DNA of 63,970 nt, counting the filler, from Saprolegnia diclina VS20 (Eukaryota), in the NCBI RefSeq assembly GCF_000281045.1. It is 5 parts of 3 records of this genome, joined end to end, with 100 filler letters (N's around TTAATTAATTAA, not from the genome) between each part and the next. Parts side by side here need not be neighbours in the genome. Positions count along the whole stretch, not along the records: positions 54,027 to 62,685 come from NW_008246072.1; positions 62,786 to 63,970 come from NW_008246074.1; 3 more parts are not named here. One strand, given 5' to 3'. The notes under the pieces were generated by a model. The model had not been told where the DNA came from, made no database searches, and saw only the letters and a program-made list of their open reading frames with translations. Each line of letters begins with the position of its first letter. Position 1 is the first letter of the stretch. Positions 53,927-63,970 of this stretch are shown here, in pieces. Made by a program: the position numbers and the translations under genes.

Positions 53927-54480
53927 NNNNNNNNNNNNNNNNNNNNNNNNNNNNNNNNNNNNNNNNNNNNTTAATTAATTAANNNNNNNNNNNNNNNNNN
54001 NNNNNNNNNNNNNNNNNNNNNNNNNNCTCCAGATCCAGCAAACGCCCACCCGTGTCTACAACGAGCTGGCGTTGGCGGTCTTTCATGGCCCACTTTGGTC
54101 GCTGCTTCGACAAGTGCGAATACACCAAGCGGCAAACAAACGACCAAGAGCTTATGGCGACACGACTCAGTATATGTTCTGATTGTACGATATATTAATA
54201 ATGAATCGTTTATTTGCATGAATCAACGCTATCGTTAAAGTCGTTAAAAGCACGACGCACAGGGCTGCTGAATGTGCGTCCTAGTACTTTTGAGGTATCC
54301 AAGACGAAGAAACGTGTCGTTGAGTCCGCTCAAACAAACGTACTAGTACTATATGCATTCTTCGCGCAGACCGTAGGTCCTGGGAGCCTCGCCATTGAAT
54401 CTCCTTCAAGAACCACGCGTGCCCTTTCTCTCCGTGGTCGGGCCACGATAGGGTCACTCCTACCTCTGCCGCAGTAAGCG

Positions 54481-54630
54481 CTGATTGGCTGCATTTATGG
54501 CGAGTGATTGTGGTGACGTACATTCTCACAAAGATCTGTGCTAACGGTCCAGTCGCTGACCGACAGAAGGTGGACTGACCCAACACCTCGCCACCATCGT
54601 CAATGTCATGCTGCTCATTCTCCAATTCAC
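54481..54630 (+). promoter_or_regulatory. oomycete core promoter (CCAAT box + INR/FPR)
   Basis: CTGATTGGCTG at 54481 and GCTCATTCTCCAATTC at 54613, ~40 bp before the ATG. Similar INR/FPR motifs occur at 56281, 58869 and (minus strand) ~61700. Confidence 0.65.
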
Positions 54631-54654
54631 TGCGCCGCACCAGCAATAAGAAAA

Positions 54655-55359
54655 ATGGAAGCCCCCGCTCCTGCTACCCCCGCGACGACCGAACAAGAAC
54701 CAACGACGGAGCAGCCCACGACAGCCAACTGGCAATCGCTCAAGGAGCAATTCAACTACCACCTGCACGAGCTGCACAAGCTGTCGCGCGAAATGTCGAT
54801 GGCATCAAACAGCGCCTCGAGTGAAGACGCGGCCGAGGCAATGCAGGCGTACTTTGAGATGAAGTACCAGAAGAAACTGGCCAAAATGCTCGCGCGCAGC
54901 AAGTGCGACGGACCCTCGGACGGTCCCGCCAGCTTCTTCGGGCGTTGGGGCCATCACCACGGCAAGTTTGGTCACCACCATGGCATGCCTGGGCCTCATC
55001 ATCATGGCATGCCTGGGCCTCATCATCATGGCATGCCAGGACCTCACCATCATGGCATGCCAGGGCCTCATCATCATGGCATGTTCGGGCATCCTCACCC
55101 GCATGGCGCCGAGGGCGGTCCCATGGCGCCGCCGAGCGAAGGGCATCCCGGCGATGACATGTGGCACAAGATGAAGGACTGCCGCGGCGATCACGAAGAC
55201 GTGTGGCGCAAGATGAAGCACCACCGCCACGGCGGTCGTCATGGGCACTGCCACGGCCGACGCAGCGACGACGACGGCGACAAGATGTTCCGCAAGATGC
55301 ACAAGAAGATGGCGCGCCACGGCTGGTTGCATCCTGGTGCCGCGCCCACGTCGTGCTAA
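54655..55359 (+). CDS. His/Gly/Pro/Met-rich repeat protein
   Basis: Coiled N-terminal half followed by (HHHGMPGP)x4 and D+WxKMK repeats; INR/FPR upstream. Confidence 0.8.
   Translation: MEAPAPATPATTEQEPTTEQPTTANWQSLKEQFNYHLHELHKLSREMSMASNSASSEDAAEAMQAYFEMKYQKKLAKMLARSKCDGPSDGPASFFGRWGHHHGKFGHHHGMPGPHHHGMPGPHHHGMPGPHHHGMPGPHHHGMFGHPHPHGAEGGPMAPPSEGHPGDDMWHKMKDCRGDHEDVWRKMKHHRHGGRHGHCHGRRSDDDGDKMFRKMHKKMARHGWLHPGAAPTSC
54974..55085 (+). repeat. 24-bp coding tandem repeat (~4.5 units)
   Basis: CAYCAYCATGGCATGCCWGGRCCT units. Confidence 0.9.
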
Positions 55360-56322
55360 AAGCACACTGACTGCCCACGTTCCCGCACGGTCGACACGTC
55401 AACAAATTACATATAAATTCCAATGAAAGTGCAACTTTAAAAAATCGCTTGCCATATTCTGGGGTGTTCGCGTCCGCAAGTGATCCTCTCGAAGGATAAT
55501 CCTTGGTACCCATGTGGCGTCTGTCGCATCGTCTGTCTGTCTGCTTGCGGCAAAGCCCGATGGGTGCAGGTTGTGGTTTTCGGCCAATCACGCTTTCGTA
55601 ATCGGACTTTCTATCGGGACCAGATGCTCTGGACGACACACTGTTTGAGGCCCATGTTGAAGTGCAGCTTCGACGCGCTTGGTCCACTCGACGCCAACGT
55701 TTTTCTTGCACGTTCGCGAGCGACGTCCTTGACAAACCCAATCACTACTCTACAAACTACGACGGAACGATACAAGTGTAGGACGCTGTAGCGGACGAGC
55801 CATGCGTTGCCGTGTTGATGCAACGCTCGGCCTGCGTCGACTCGACAGCCGTCGCGCGCCACCTCACCCCTTTCCAATCAAGGCGCGTGCAGCCATGTGC
55901 GTTGGCTTCTACACACGTTGAATCAACAGCATGTCTCTTCTTTCATTGGTGCAAGCGCGCGGCTCGTCTTTGTGACGTCGCGGCAGCAACCCATTTGATG
56001 GCGCTTCCGCCCCTTTTTCTCGAGGCGTCTTCCCATTCACTGAGCGCTCCTCAAATACTTTGATACCCACGTTCGATCGGTCCGCTGCTCTGAAAGAATC
56101 ACGCACCCAAGAATCGAGCGCAAAGGGTGTGTTCGGACCACCTCCTCTGTCGTCCCATCTAGTCGAAACGCTGCCTTCGCGGCGTCGACCGACCTTGAAG
56201 TTGCCTTTCGCCCATGTTGAAGTTGGTCGCCACGAGGTGCCGGATACTAATCCGGATACGCGAGCGTCAGGCTGGCGATGGCTCATTTTCCAAGTCGCTT
56301 GGTTCGAACGAGTAGCATCAAG

Positions 56323-57816
56323 ATGGCATTTGTCGGCGCGATTGACCAGGGCACGACGAGCTCGCGCTTCATCCTCTTTGACCACCAAGGCAACATTGCT
56401 GCGTCGCACCAGATGGAGCACAACCAGATCTACCCGCACCCGGGCTGGTGCCAGCACGACGTCGAGGAGATTTGGACCAACGTCAACACGTGCATCAAGC
56501 AGACGCTCATGAAGGCGGGCAACCCGAGCGTCGCGGCCGTCGGTATCACCAACCAGCGCGAGACCTCGGTCATCTGGAACCGCCACACGGGCGCCGCCTA
56601 CCACGACGCGCTCGTCTGGCACGACATGCGTACCGCCGACATTGTGCACCATCTGACGCACGACCACACGATCAACCGGTTCCGCGCCATCACGGGCCTC
56701 CCGGTCGCCACGTACTTTTCGGCGGTCAAGATCATGTGGCTGCTCGAGAACGTCGAGGGCCTCCGCGCGGCCGCCGAAGCCGGCGATGCGATCTTTGGCA
56801 CGATCGACACGTACCTCCTCTGGAAGCTCACGAACGGCAAGGTGCACGCGACCGACGTCTCGAACGCGTCGCGCACCAACTTGATGTCGCTCGAGACGCA
56901 GCAGTGGGACCAGGGTCTCCTCGATCTCCTCAACATCCCGCGCGGGATGCTGCCGGAAATTCGGTCGTCGTCGGAGGTCTACGGCCTCGGCGCCGAAGAC
57001 GGCACGCTCCCCAACGTCCCAATTGCTGGTATGCTTGGCGACCAACAGGCTGCGCTCTTTGGCCAGACGTGCTTCGAGGCGGGCCAGGCCAAGAACACAT
57101 TTGGCACCGGCTGCTTCTTCATGATGAACACGGGCACCAAGATCATTCCGTCGAGCAAGGGCCTGTTGACGACGGTGGGCTACAAGCTCGGGTCCGAGCC
57201 GACCGTGTTTGCTCTCGAGGGCTCGGTCGCTGTCGCCGGCCAAGTCGTCCAGTGGCTCCGTGACAACCTCAAGATCATTTCCAAGGCCTCGGAGATCGAG
57301 GACCTTGCCAACTCGGTCGAGGACAACGGCGGCGTCTACTTTGTGCCGGCCTTCTCGGGCCTCTTTGCGCCCTACTGGCGCGATGACGCGCGCGGTGTCA
57401 TCTGCGGGCTCACGGGCTACGCGACGCGCGAGCATCTCGCGCGGGCTGCGCTTGAAGCCGTGGCCTTCCAGGTCATGGACGTCGTCCACGCGATGCAGGA
57501 GGAAGCCAACATGAAGCTCACGTCGCTCCGTGTCGACGGCGGCATGACGGTCAACAAGACGCTCATGCAGATCCAGTCCGACCTCCTTGACGCCAAGGTC
57601 ATTTGCCCGCGCGTGGCCGAGACGACGGCGCTCGGTGCCGCGTACGCCGCGGGTCTTGCCGTTGGCTACTGGAAGACGGTCGACGAGCTCCGCGTCAACT
57701 GGCAGGTGGCAGGCCAGTGGGAGCCGGCGATGGCGCCCGAGGCCCGTGACAAGGTCGTCAAGCAGTGGAAGAAGGCGATCGAGCGCACGTTGAACTGGGA
57801 AGAGTCGGACGAGTAA
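56323..57816 (+). CDS. GK: glycerol kinase
   Basis: 'AIDQGTTSSR', 'GITNQRET', 'YFSAVK', 'TDVSNASRT', 'GDQQAALFGQ', 'ALEGS', 'VPAFSGLFAPYW' and 'VDGGM'. Confidence 0.97.
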   Translation: MAFVGAIDQGTTSSRFILFDHQGNIAASHQMEHNQIYPHPGWCQHDVEEIWTNVNTCIKQTLMKAGNPSVAAVGITNQRETSVIWNRHTGAAYHDALVWHDMRTADIVHHLTHDHTINRFRAITGLPVATYFSAVKIMWLLENVEGLRAAAEAGDAIFGTIDTYLLWKLTNGKVHATDVSNASRTNLMSLETQQWDQGLLDLLNIPRGMLPEIRSSSEVYGLGAEDGTLPNVPIAGMLGDQQAALFGQTCFEAGQAKNTFGTGCFFMMNTGTKIIPSSKGLLTTVGYKLGSEPTVFALEGSVAVAGQVVQWLRDNLKIISKASEIEDLANSVEDNGGVYFVPAFSGLFAPYWRDDARGVICGLTGYATREHLARAALEAVAFQVMDVVHAMQEEANMKLTSLRVDGGMTVNKTLMQIQSDLLDAKVICPRVAETTALGAAYAAGLAVGYWKTVDELRVNWQVAGQWEPAMAPEARDKVVKQWKKAIERTLNWEESDE

Positions 57817-58893
57817 GCGCGTAGTACAGTAGAGTAGTGTGTGGCGGCTATATGCACGTCATTGTATAGCGTTGAAAGGCATGTGCCAATGCAACAATCA
57901 GTGTTTTTGCGAAATGTGTGCAGCATCTAATTTTTGCAGGTGTCCCGGGGCCCCTGCTTGAGTTTAATCAGTGGCGGGGCCTGGACATACCAACAGCCAC
58001 ATCGGTAGCGTCAAGAGGTTCCAGGGCTCCGACATCCTTTCAAAGGACTTACTATTTGCTAGCTTTGAATGAGAAGAGCTGCATGGCGCACTGTTGCCTC
58101 CAAGTTGTTGGCGTTGTTGTTTGTTGTTGTCGTTGCTGTTGGGATTAGAATTGGTCGCTAAAACGAGCTGTCCAAGGTCACCAGCGGTCTCGCCTGCGAG
58201 CAAAGCAGCGACGTGTGAGTACTGTTCAGAAAGCTCAGTTGTCGTGGCGTTCGAGCCCATAGCGTACCAGACGCAAGTGCGCAAGATCAGCCAGAGGACC
58301 TCGATGACCGACTTGCAATGCGATCGAATACGGCGGAGTGCTGTTGTTTGTTGCTGCCGTTGGTTGTCAAGCTGAATACTGGCGTTTGATTCGCTCATTA
58401 ACAGCCAATCCGTACGCTCTGGAACCATTTCAGCCAATCAAAGCGACCACTACGACATCTGTTGCCAACCTTGCCAGCACCCAAGCAGCCACACGATAAC
58501 AAAATGGTGTCACGTTGCTTGCCCAATTGCCCAAGGCCCTCGAACGACAGCGAGACGACGCCGGATGCATCGACTTGTCCAAGGCACTGCATATTGCGCC
58601 GAGTCTCGGCCAAGCTCGTTGTTGTTATTACACAGTCCTTGTCCACGGTACTGCATATGTTGAAGTTGTCGCGAGCGCTTCCCAAGGGTGGGTTCTGCAG
58701 TTGCACGGAACGCAACACAGTGCAATCCATGGATTGAGATTCTGAGTTGAGTGCTGGTCGTTGCCACAGCATATACAAAAATGCTATCAATTTACAAAAA
58801 TACCAACAAGAAGCCATTCGCGAAACGCCAGTGATGGTCGCAGAACTCTAGTGGCAGTCTTGCACCTTGTCAGTTTGCATTTCACCTCGCATC

Positions 58894-60534
58894 ATGGAGT
58901 CGCAAATGATGCAGCTCGGCATGTTCTCGTCGATGCGCGCCAACAAGACGGAGACACTCATGTGCATCCTCCTCCCGATCGTGCTCAAGCAGCTCTACGA
59001 CTCGGCCGGGTCCATTTCGCTCAGCGACCTTGTCGACAACGTGCTCTCAGCGTTGCCGTTTGGTCGCCGGTCGACGCTGCGCGTCATTAGCGCCAAGCAC
59101 TACATGGCGTCCCACGGCCGCATTTACGATGAGAGCGACATGAACTACATCCTTCAGCGCGCGATCGCCAACTACTTGACCAAGCACATGCCCATGGCGC
59201 ACAAGCCGTCGGGTCGGTACCAGCTCGTCGAGGCGCTCGACACGGAAGTTGTGTCGCGTCTCGGCGATGATGCGCCGAACCCCAACGACCGCGACTACTG
59301 GGACACGCGGGAGCTCGATGTCGACGTGACGATCTTGACCGTGAACGCGCTACCGCCGATCGGCGAGTGGATTGAGATCGAAGACGGGCTCTGGTTCTAC
59401 CACGACGTGTACGAGGCCGGCGAGAGCGGCGGCGGCAACGGCAGCCAACGCAGCATGAAGGAGTCGACGATCACGTTCAAGCTTCGGGCATCGGGCGCCG
59501 ACGCCGGTGGCCGCATCGACAGCTTTGTCAACACGGCCTTTCAGGCGTACCAAGACGCAATCGTCGCCAAGAAGCTCCGTGACAAGACCCGCTACATGTA
59601 TGTGGCGTCGGCTGGCGCCCCACCGCCGGTGGCAACGTCGTCCGAGGATGATGGCGGCGCCAGCACACCGTCGGCTCCGCTCTTCAAGCGCTACGCATTG
59701 AGCGACCACAAGACGTTCGACAATCTCTTCTTTGAGACCAAGACCGCGCTTCTCGACCTCCTCGACACGTTTACGACCAAGAGCGGCAAGTACGCGATCC
59801 AAGGGTTTCCCTACAAGCTCGGGTTCCTGCTCCACGGGCCACCGGGCACGGGCAAGACGAGTCTCATCAAGGCGATTGCACAGCACACCAAGCGCCACAT
59901 CGTCAACATTTCGCTCGCGAATGTCAAGACGAACCAAGAGCTCATGGACTACATGCTCGATCTGCGCATGAACGTACCAGGCGAAGACATGCCGATCAAG
60001 CTGAGCTACGACAAGGTGGTGTTTGTGATGGAAGACATCGACTGCGCATCCGAAGTCGTCCACACGCGCAAGGACTCGGCGACCGGTGTGCCGTCCGACG
60101 ACGAAGACCGCGCGATGCTCGAAGCCGCGGTCGCAGCCAGTCTGGCGAGCGCGGGTGGTATCAAGTCCATGACCAAGTTTACGCCCCACGACAAGCTCAA
60201 CCTCAGCGGCCTCCTCAATGTACTCGATGGCGTCGTCGACACGCCGGGTCGCATCCTCATCATGACGTCCAACCACCCCGAGAAGCTCGACCCGGCGCTC
60301 ATTCGCCCGGGTCGCATCGACGAGCAGCTGTACATGGGTGCGATGAACGCGACGCAAGCCACGCTCATGGTGCAGCACTACTTTGCGACGGCATTGACGA
60401 CCGACGAGACGGCTACGATTGAGCGTGTATTTACCAACGCGACGACCGACATTTCACCGGCGCAGGTTGAGAACCTCTGCGCCAAGCACCGTCAACTCGA
60501 CGATTTCTTGGTGGCGCTCAAAGACCAGCTGTAA
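58894..60534 (+). CDS. BCS1-like AAA+ ATPase
   Basis: 'LLHGPPGTGKTSLIKAIA', 'VMEDIDC', 'LNLSGLLNVLDG' and 'TSNHPEKLDPALIRPGRID'. Confidence 0.92.
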   Translation: MESQMMQLGMFSSMRANKTETLMCILLPIVLKQLYDSAGSISLSDLVDNVLSALPFGRRSTLRVISAKHYMASHGRIYDESDMNYILQRAIANYLTKHMPMAHKPSGRYQLVEALDTEVVSRLGDDAPNPNDRDYWDTRELDVDVTILTVNALPPIGEWIEIEDGLWFYHDVYEAGESGGGNGSQRSMKESTITFKLRASGADAGGRIDSFVNTAFQAYQDAIVAKKLRDKTRYMYVASAGAPPPVATSSEDDGGASTPSAPLFKRYALSDHKTFDNLFFETKTALLDLLDTFTTKSGKYAIQGFPYKLGFLLHGPPGTGKTSLIKAIAQHTKRHIVNISLANVKTNQELMDYMLDLRMNVPGEDMPIKLSYDKVVFVMEDIDCASEVVHTRKDSATGVPSDDEDRAMLEAAVAASLASAGGIKSMTKFTPHDKLNLSGLLNVLDGVVDTPGRILIMTSNHPEKLDPALIRPGRIDEQLYMGAMNATQATLMVQHYFATALTTDETATIERVFTNATTDISPAQVENLCAKHRQLDDFLVALKDQL

Positions 60535-60658
60535 TGCGCCGTAGCGACGACAAATAGAGAATAAAAATCACATAACTATGTACACATGAGGTCAAAAGCG
60601 GCATTATTCATTTCAAAATCACTTTCCGATGCTCGATAGCTTAGCCGTCCTGGGAGCG

Positions 60659-61678
60659 TTAAAAATCGCCTGAGAAGACTTGGCCGCCGGTGTCGCCATT
60701 GTACGCGTGGCCGTAGTCCCCGTTGAACGCAGTCTGGTCGTGGTCGCCGCCATCGTCGTGGCTCAGCGCAGCGCCAATCGCGACACCGCCAATCAGACCC
60801 GCAGCGGCACCGACCGCCAGCCCCGTCCCGACACCATAGTGGGGCCGATCGTCGGCGACAATGACAGGCTGCTGCTGTACGTACACTGGTTGCTGCACGA
60901 CAACGGGTGGCTGCTGCACGTACACGGGAGCCGGTGCCGAGACCACGACGGGCTGCGGCGGGGCGGCTTGCTCCACAACGACGACGTCGTCTTCGTCTGA
61001 CGCGTTCTTGTTGCGACACCACCACCAAATCCCCGCGACGACGAGAAGAACCGCGAGGCCGGCGACAACAAAGACCCAGACCGGCGTCTTCTTCTTTGCG
61101 GATGTCGGTGCTGGCGTCGGTACCGACGAGCACACGCACGCATCACCCTTGATCGGAATCGCACACGTCGCTGCGGTCGGACAGCAGCACGCTTGCTTGA
61201 CGGCGCTGCTCAGCCACGGACCGCAGTACTTGCCCGGCAGACCCTTGTACGCGTCTTGGCATTGTCCCGTATTGGCGCACTTTTGGCATGTGCTGCTTGT
61301 CGGCAGCGGAAAGACAAGGGGAGCTGGCGGTGGTGTCGGCGCGAGCTTGGGTGTCGGGGCGGGTGTCGGTGCAGGTGTCGGGGCGGGTGTCGGTGCAGGT
61401 GTCGGGGAGGGCGTTGGTGCTGGCGGCGGTGTCGGCTTTGCGCCCGTGCACAAACACGCATCTTGCTTGAGCGGAATCGCACACGTGGCGCCGGTGGGGC
61501 AGCAGCAAAACTGTTTGACGCCGCTGCTTAGCCAGTTGCCGCAGTACTGACCTGGCAGGCCCTTGAACGCTTGGCTGCACTGCCCCGTAGTCGCGCAGAT
61601 GCCGCACGTATCTTGTGGTGTCTGGCCAAAGGCGCTGATGGCCAAGAAGCCAAAGAGAAAGAGCGACCAGAATCCCAT
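60659..61678 (-). CDS. type I membrane protein: signal peptide, two 10-Cys repeats, PT/PA linker, TM helix, Gly-rich cytoplasmic tail
   Basis: MGFWSLFLFGFLAISAFG signal; duplicated C..C..TGQC..A+KGLPG.YCG.WLSS.VKQ.CCCP..ATCAIP.K.DAC.C; (PAPT)n; VWVFVVAGLAVLLVVAGIWWW. Confidence 0.85.
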   Translation of the reverse strand: MGFWSLFLFGFLAISAFGQTPQDTCGICATTGQCSQAFKGLPGQYCGNWLSSGVKQFCCCPTGATCAIPLKQDACLCTGAKPTPPPAPTPSPTPAPTPAPTPAPTPAPTPKLAPTPPPAPLVFPLPTSSTCQKCANTGQCQDAYKGLPGKYCGPWLSSAVKQACCCPTAATCAIPIKGDACVCSSVPTPAPTSAKKKTPVWVFVVAGLAVLLVVAGIWWWCRNKNASDEDDVVVVEQAAPPQPVVVSAPAPVYVQQPPVVVQQPVYVQQQPVIVADDRPHYGVGTGLAVGAAAGLIGGVAIGAALSHDDGGDHDQTAFNGDYGHAYNGDTGGQVFSGDF

Positions 61679-62604
61679 GCGGCCAAACTGCAAATGAGTG
61701 GCGCGAGCGCAGGATCTTGTTCTCGTGTCGCATTCAATTGGTCAAAAATGCCTCAAAGACAGCTCAAATTAGGTTGTTTCGACGTCGATTAGGACAATAG
61801 CACCCAATGCACTTAGTGTTTCGGATGGAGTGCGGTCCATTGCCGTCGGCCGTGTGGGGTCGAGATCCCTCTCAGTCCGCACATCACCTAGGTGTACAGC
61901 AGGTGCCTCACGTACAATGTACTGTGTCGATCTCGATCGAACGTTCTTCAACTCACATTGTCAACGCAAGCGACTCGTGCAAAGATGCCCTCGCATTGAC
62001 CGGAGGGCTTCAAGAGTGCTGTTGTAGGCCGCCCCGGCTTACATCTAGCAGATGCGCAACAAGACGAAGGACTCAGCGGGATGGCCCCGATAATGGCTCC
62101 AGGTCGCACAAAGTGATACGTTCGGACATATTGCCTTACCACACACAGGGTGCTCGATGGACATTTTCAGTATATTTTGTTCGGAAAAAAAAGTCTGTGG
62201 TCTGCCGTAACCGGAATTGGCGGTCGGTCGGTCAGCTCCTGTTGTCGACGAAGATCCAATCAGCCATTCCAAGTGCCACGTCATCGAAACGTCCGGGCTC
62301 TACTTTTAAGCCAATCAGCGACGTGTATAAAAATCGAAGAGCCAATCACAAAAAATAAACTGCCGTCGAGATTGCACTATGTGTGGCGGTGTCAACGCAA
62401 CGCCATGCCAACTTGACATCGCGCCAATATTCAAGGACTCCAACTGCAACTGTACTTTAGAGCTTGCTTGCAGAGCCAAGCCGCTCTATTGGCCGCTGCA
62501 CGAGGACTGTACTCCCATGCAATCGTTAGCGCGTCACTCGAGTCAAACACGAAAAATGTAGATTCACGTCGACAATACATTTGTTTCTCTTCAACTAGAC
62601 TAGC

Positions 62605-62685
62605 TTAGGCGCGCATTTGCGTGAACGACTCGCGCGCGTTCATGAGGTTGGACGACCGGTCGATGAGCGCGTCCTTCTCGTTCAC
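62605..62685 (-). CDS. 3' end of an unknown gene entering from the gap
   Basis: VNEKDALIDRSSNLMNARESFTQMRA* with coding-like codon bias. Confidence 0.4.
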   Translation of the reverse strand: MNEKDALIDRSSNLMNARESFTQMRA

Positions 62686-62785
62686 NNNNNNNNNNNNNNN
62701 NNNNNNNNNNNNNNNNNNNNNNNNNNNNNTTAATTAATTAANNNNNNNNNNNNNNNNNNNNNNNNNNNNNNNNNNNNNNNNNNNN

Positions 62786-63274
62786 CTTGATCTTGACGGT
62801 ATCGCCCGAGATGCGCGAGGCGAGCTCGCTTGCGTCGCGCTGGTCGTACCACGAGATCTCTTGGTACAAAACATGCTTGAGCACCTCACGGCGCAAAGAC
62901 CGCATTTGACGCTCGGCAGAAATCGCAAAGCACGCGTACGAGCCGTAGCCCGAGAAGAGCAAGACGAATGCGAGGATGAGGAAGTTGAGTGCGGTGTCGT
63001 TGACTGCCGACTGGTTGTTGGTCGAAAACTTGTTGATCGCATCGCCAAAGAGGATGGCCATAAACGGTAACGTGGCGCCGTTGACGATCGACATGAGCAG
63101 GCCGACGCCAATCAAGGCCGCGTCCCACCCGTTGCCGTACCGGTAGAGCGAGAGGAATGAGAATTTCTGCTCCGACTCGGCCGGCGTTGCGACGTCGACC
63201 TTGGCGTCGCCCTTGGGCGTCACCACGACGTCGTACTTGGTGGTGTCGCTGATGCTCTTGTGGTGGTCAGACAT
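62786..63274 (-). CDS. ABCB (MDR/P-glycoprotein) transporter, N-terminal part
   Basis: 'FSFLSLYRY', 'IVNGATLPFMAILFGD', 'AERQMRSLR..VLYQEISWYD' and 'ELASRISGDTVKIK'. Confidence 0.9.
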
Positions 63275-63866
63275 GGTCCGGAAGCGGCAAATGCAATTAT
63301 GATCGTTTTGAGTCGTTTGTGGATCGGGCGCGAAAAGGATCGCAGCCGATGGTGCTGTTTTTGCGTCGCGTGATTGGCTCATTGGTCGTGATTAGCACCA
63401 AATTTGGCTGTGTAGAGTGGGACATCGATGCATTTGATTCTACAGGTTATTGCCGCCCAGTTTGCCGTTTTCGCGAACGTCAGTCTGGCTTGTATTCGTT
63501 AATAGAGGTTTTCACCCTCAATAGAAGAACAAGCTCACTAGAGACAAGGGTCAATTTTTATTGCACTTGCTAAAGATCGTCAGCTCGATCCCGCCAGTTT
63601 AGATTGGCTAAAATATACAACCAATGATGTAGCTGATGACATAATGTGTTATCGAGAGCGGATAGGCGGAATTGAGAACTATGATAGTACAGCTAGGGCC
63701 TTGTGCATCGTCTTCCGACTGCGGTTTCATCCAATGCTTCACAAGTACGAGTTCTCATTGTCCCAACCTGGTAAGATCACGTTGTGAGGTAAGCGTCCGC
63801 AAGAAGCACACAACAATCATTTTAACATGCAGAAAATGTATTAAAGCAGCAGCATAACCGTTCAAA

Positions 63867-63970
63867 CTATGCGTAGTTGTGCGACGCGAGGTGCGTGTAG
63901 ATGCCGTTGAGACGCATGAGCTCGTCGTGTGTGCCTTGCTCTGCGATGCGGCCGCCGCTCACGACGCAGA
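63867..63970 (-). CDS. C-terminus of a second ABCB transporter (tandem)
   Basis: CVVSGGRIAEQGTHDELMRLNGIYTHL...*. Confidence 0.85.
   Translation of the reverse strand, partial: CVVSGGRIAEQGTHDELMRLNGIYTHLASHNYA

Noticed and set aside
54974..55085. CRISPR-like array (also 61330-61430)
   Set aside because: There are no unique spacers; these are in-frame coding tandem repeats in a eukaryote.
57964..58437. 157-aa minus-strand ORF
   Set aside because: Weak codon bias, CAA-microsatellite-like content and no motif; it cannot be supported as a gene.

Overview
Eukaryotic, gene-dense, GC3-rich DNA with short GT-AG introns (~40-60 bp) and oomycete-type INR/FPR and CCAAT promoter motifs, most consistent with an oomycete (Saprolegniales-like; inferred). 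Four of the five 100-bp gaps carry an artificial TTAATTAATTAA six-frame-stop linker, so gene adjacency across them is unproven. The first ~9 kb is decayed mobile DNA: a tRNA-derived SINE with a perfect 13-bp TSD, a foldback templated insertion, and relics of a Ulp1-like protease and a Pif1-like helicase. From 9 kb onward there are about 25 genes, including TPR/Mlp1 nucleoporin, METTL2/6, MRM1, a NEK kinase, Arp2, MetAP1, an EF-hand EML5/6-like protein, trypsin, glycerol kinase, a BCS1-like AAA ATPase and two partial ABCB genes. The best candidates for novelty are: (1) a COG0523/CobW (ZNG1-family) metallochaperone with an apparent F-box and a C-terminal CGCC, directly upstream of zf-C6H2 MetAP1, the known client of ZNG1; (2) a CblC/MMACHC cobalamin-processing domain fused in frame to an asparagine-synthetase-like PP-loop domain and a zinc ribbon; (3) an intronless LVIVD-like propeller ending in a CaaX box. 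All family calls come from reading motifs by eye; no database search was run.
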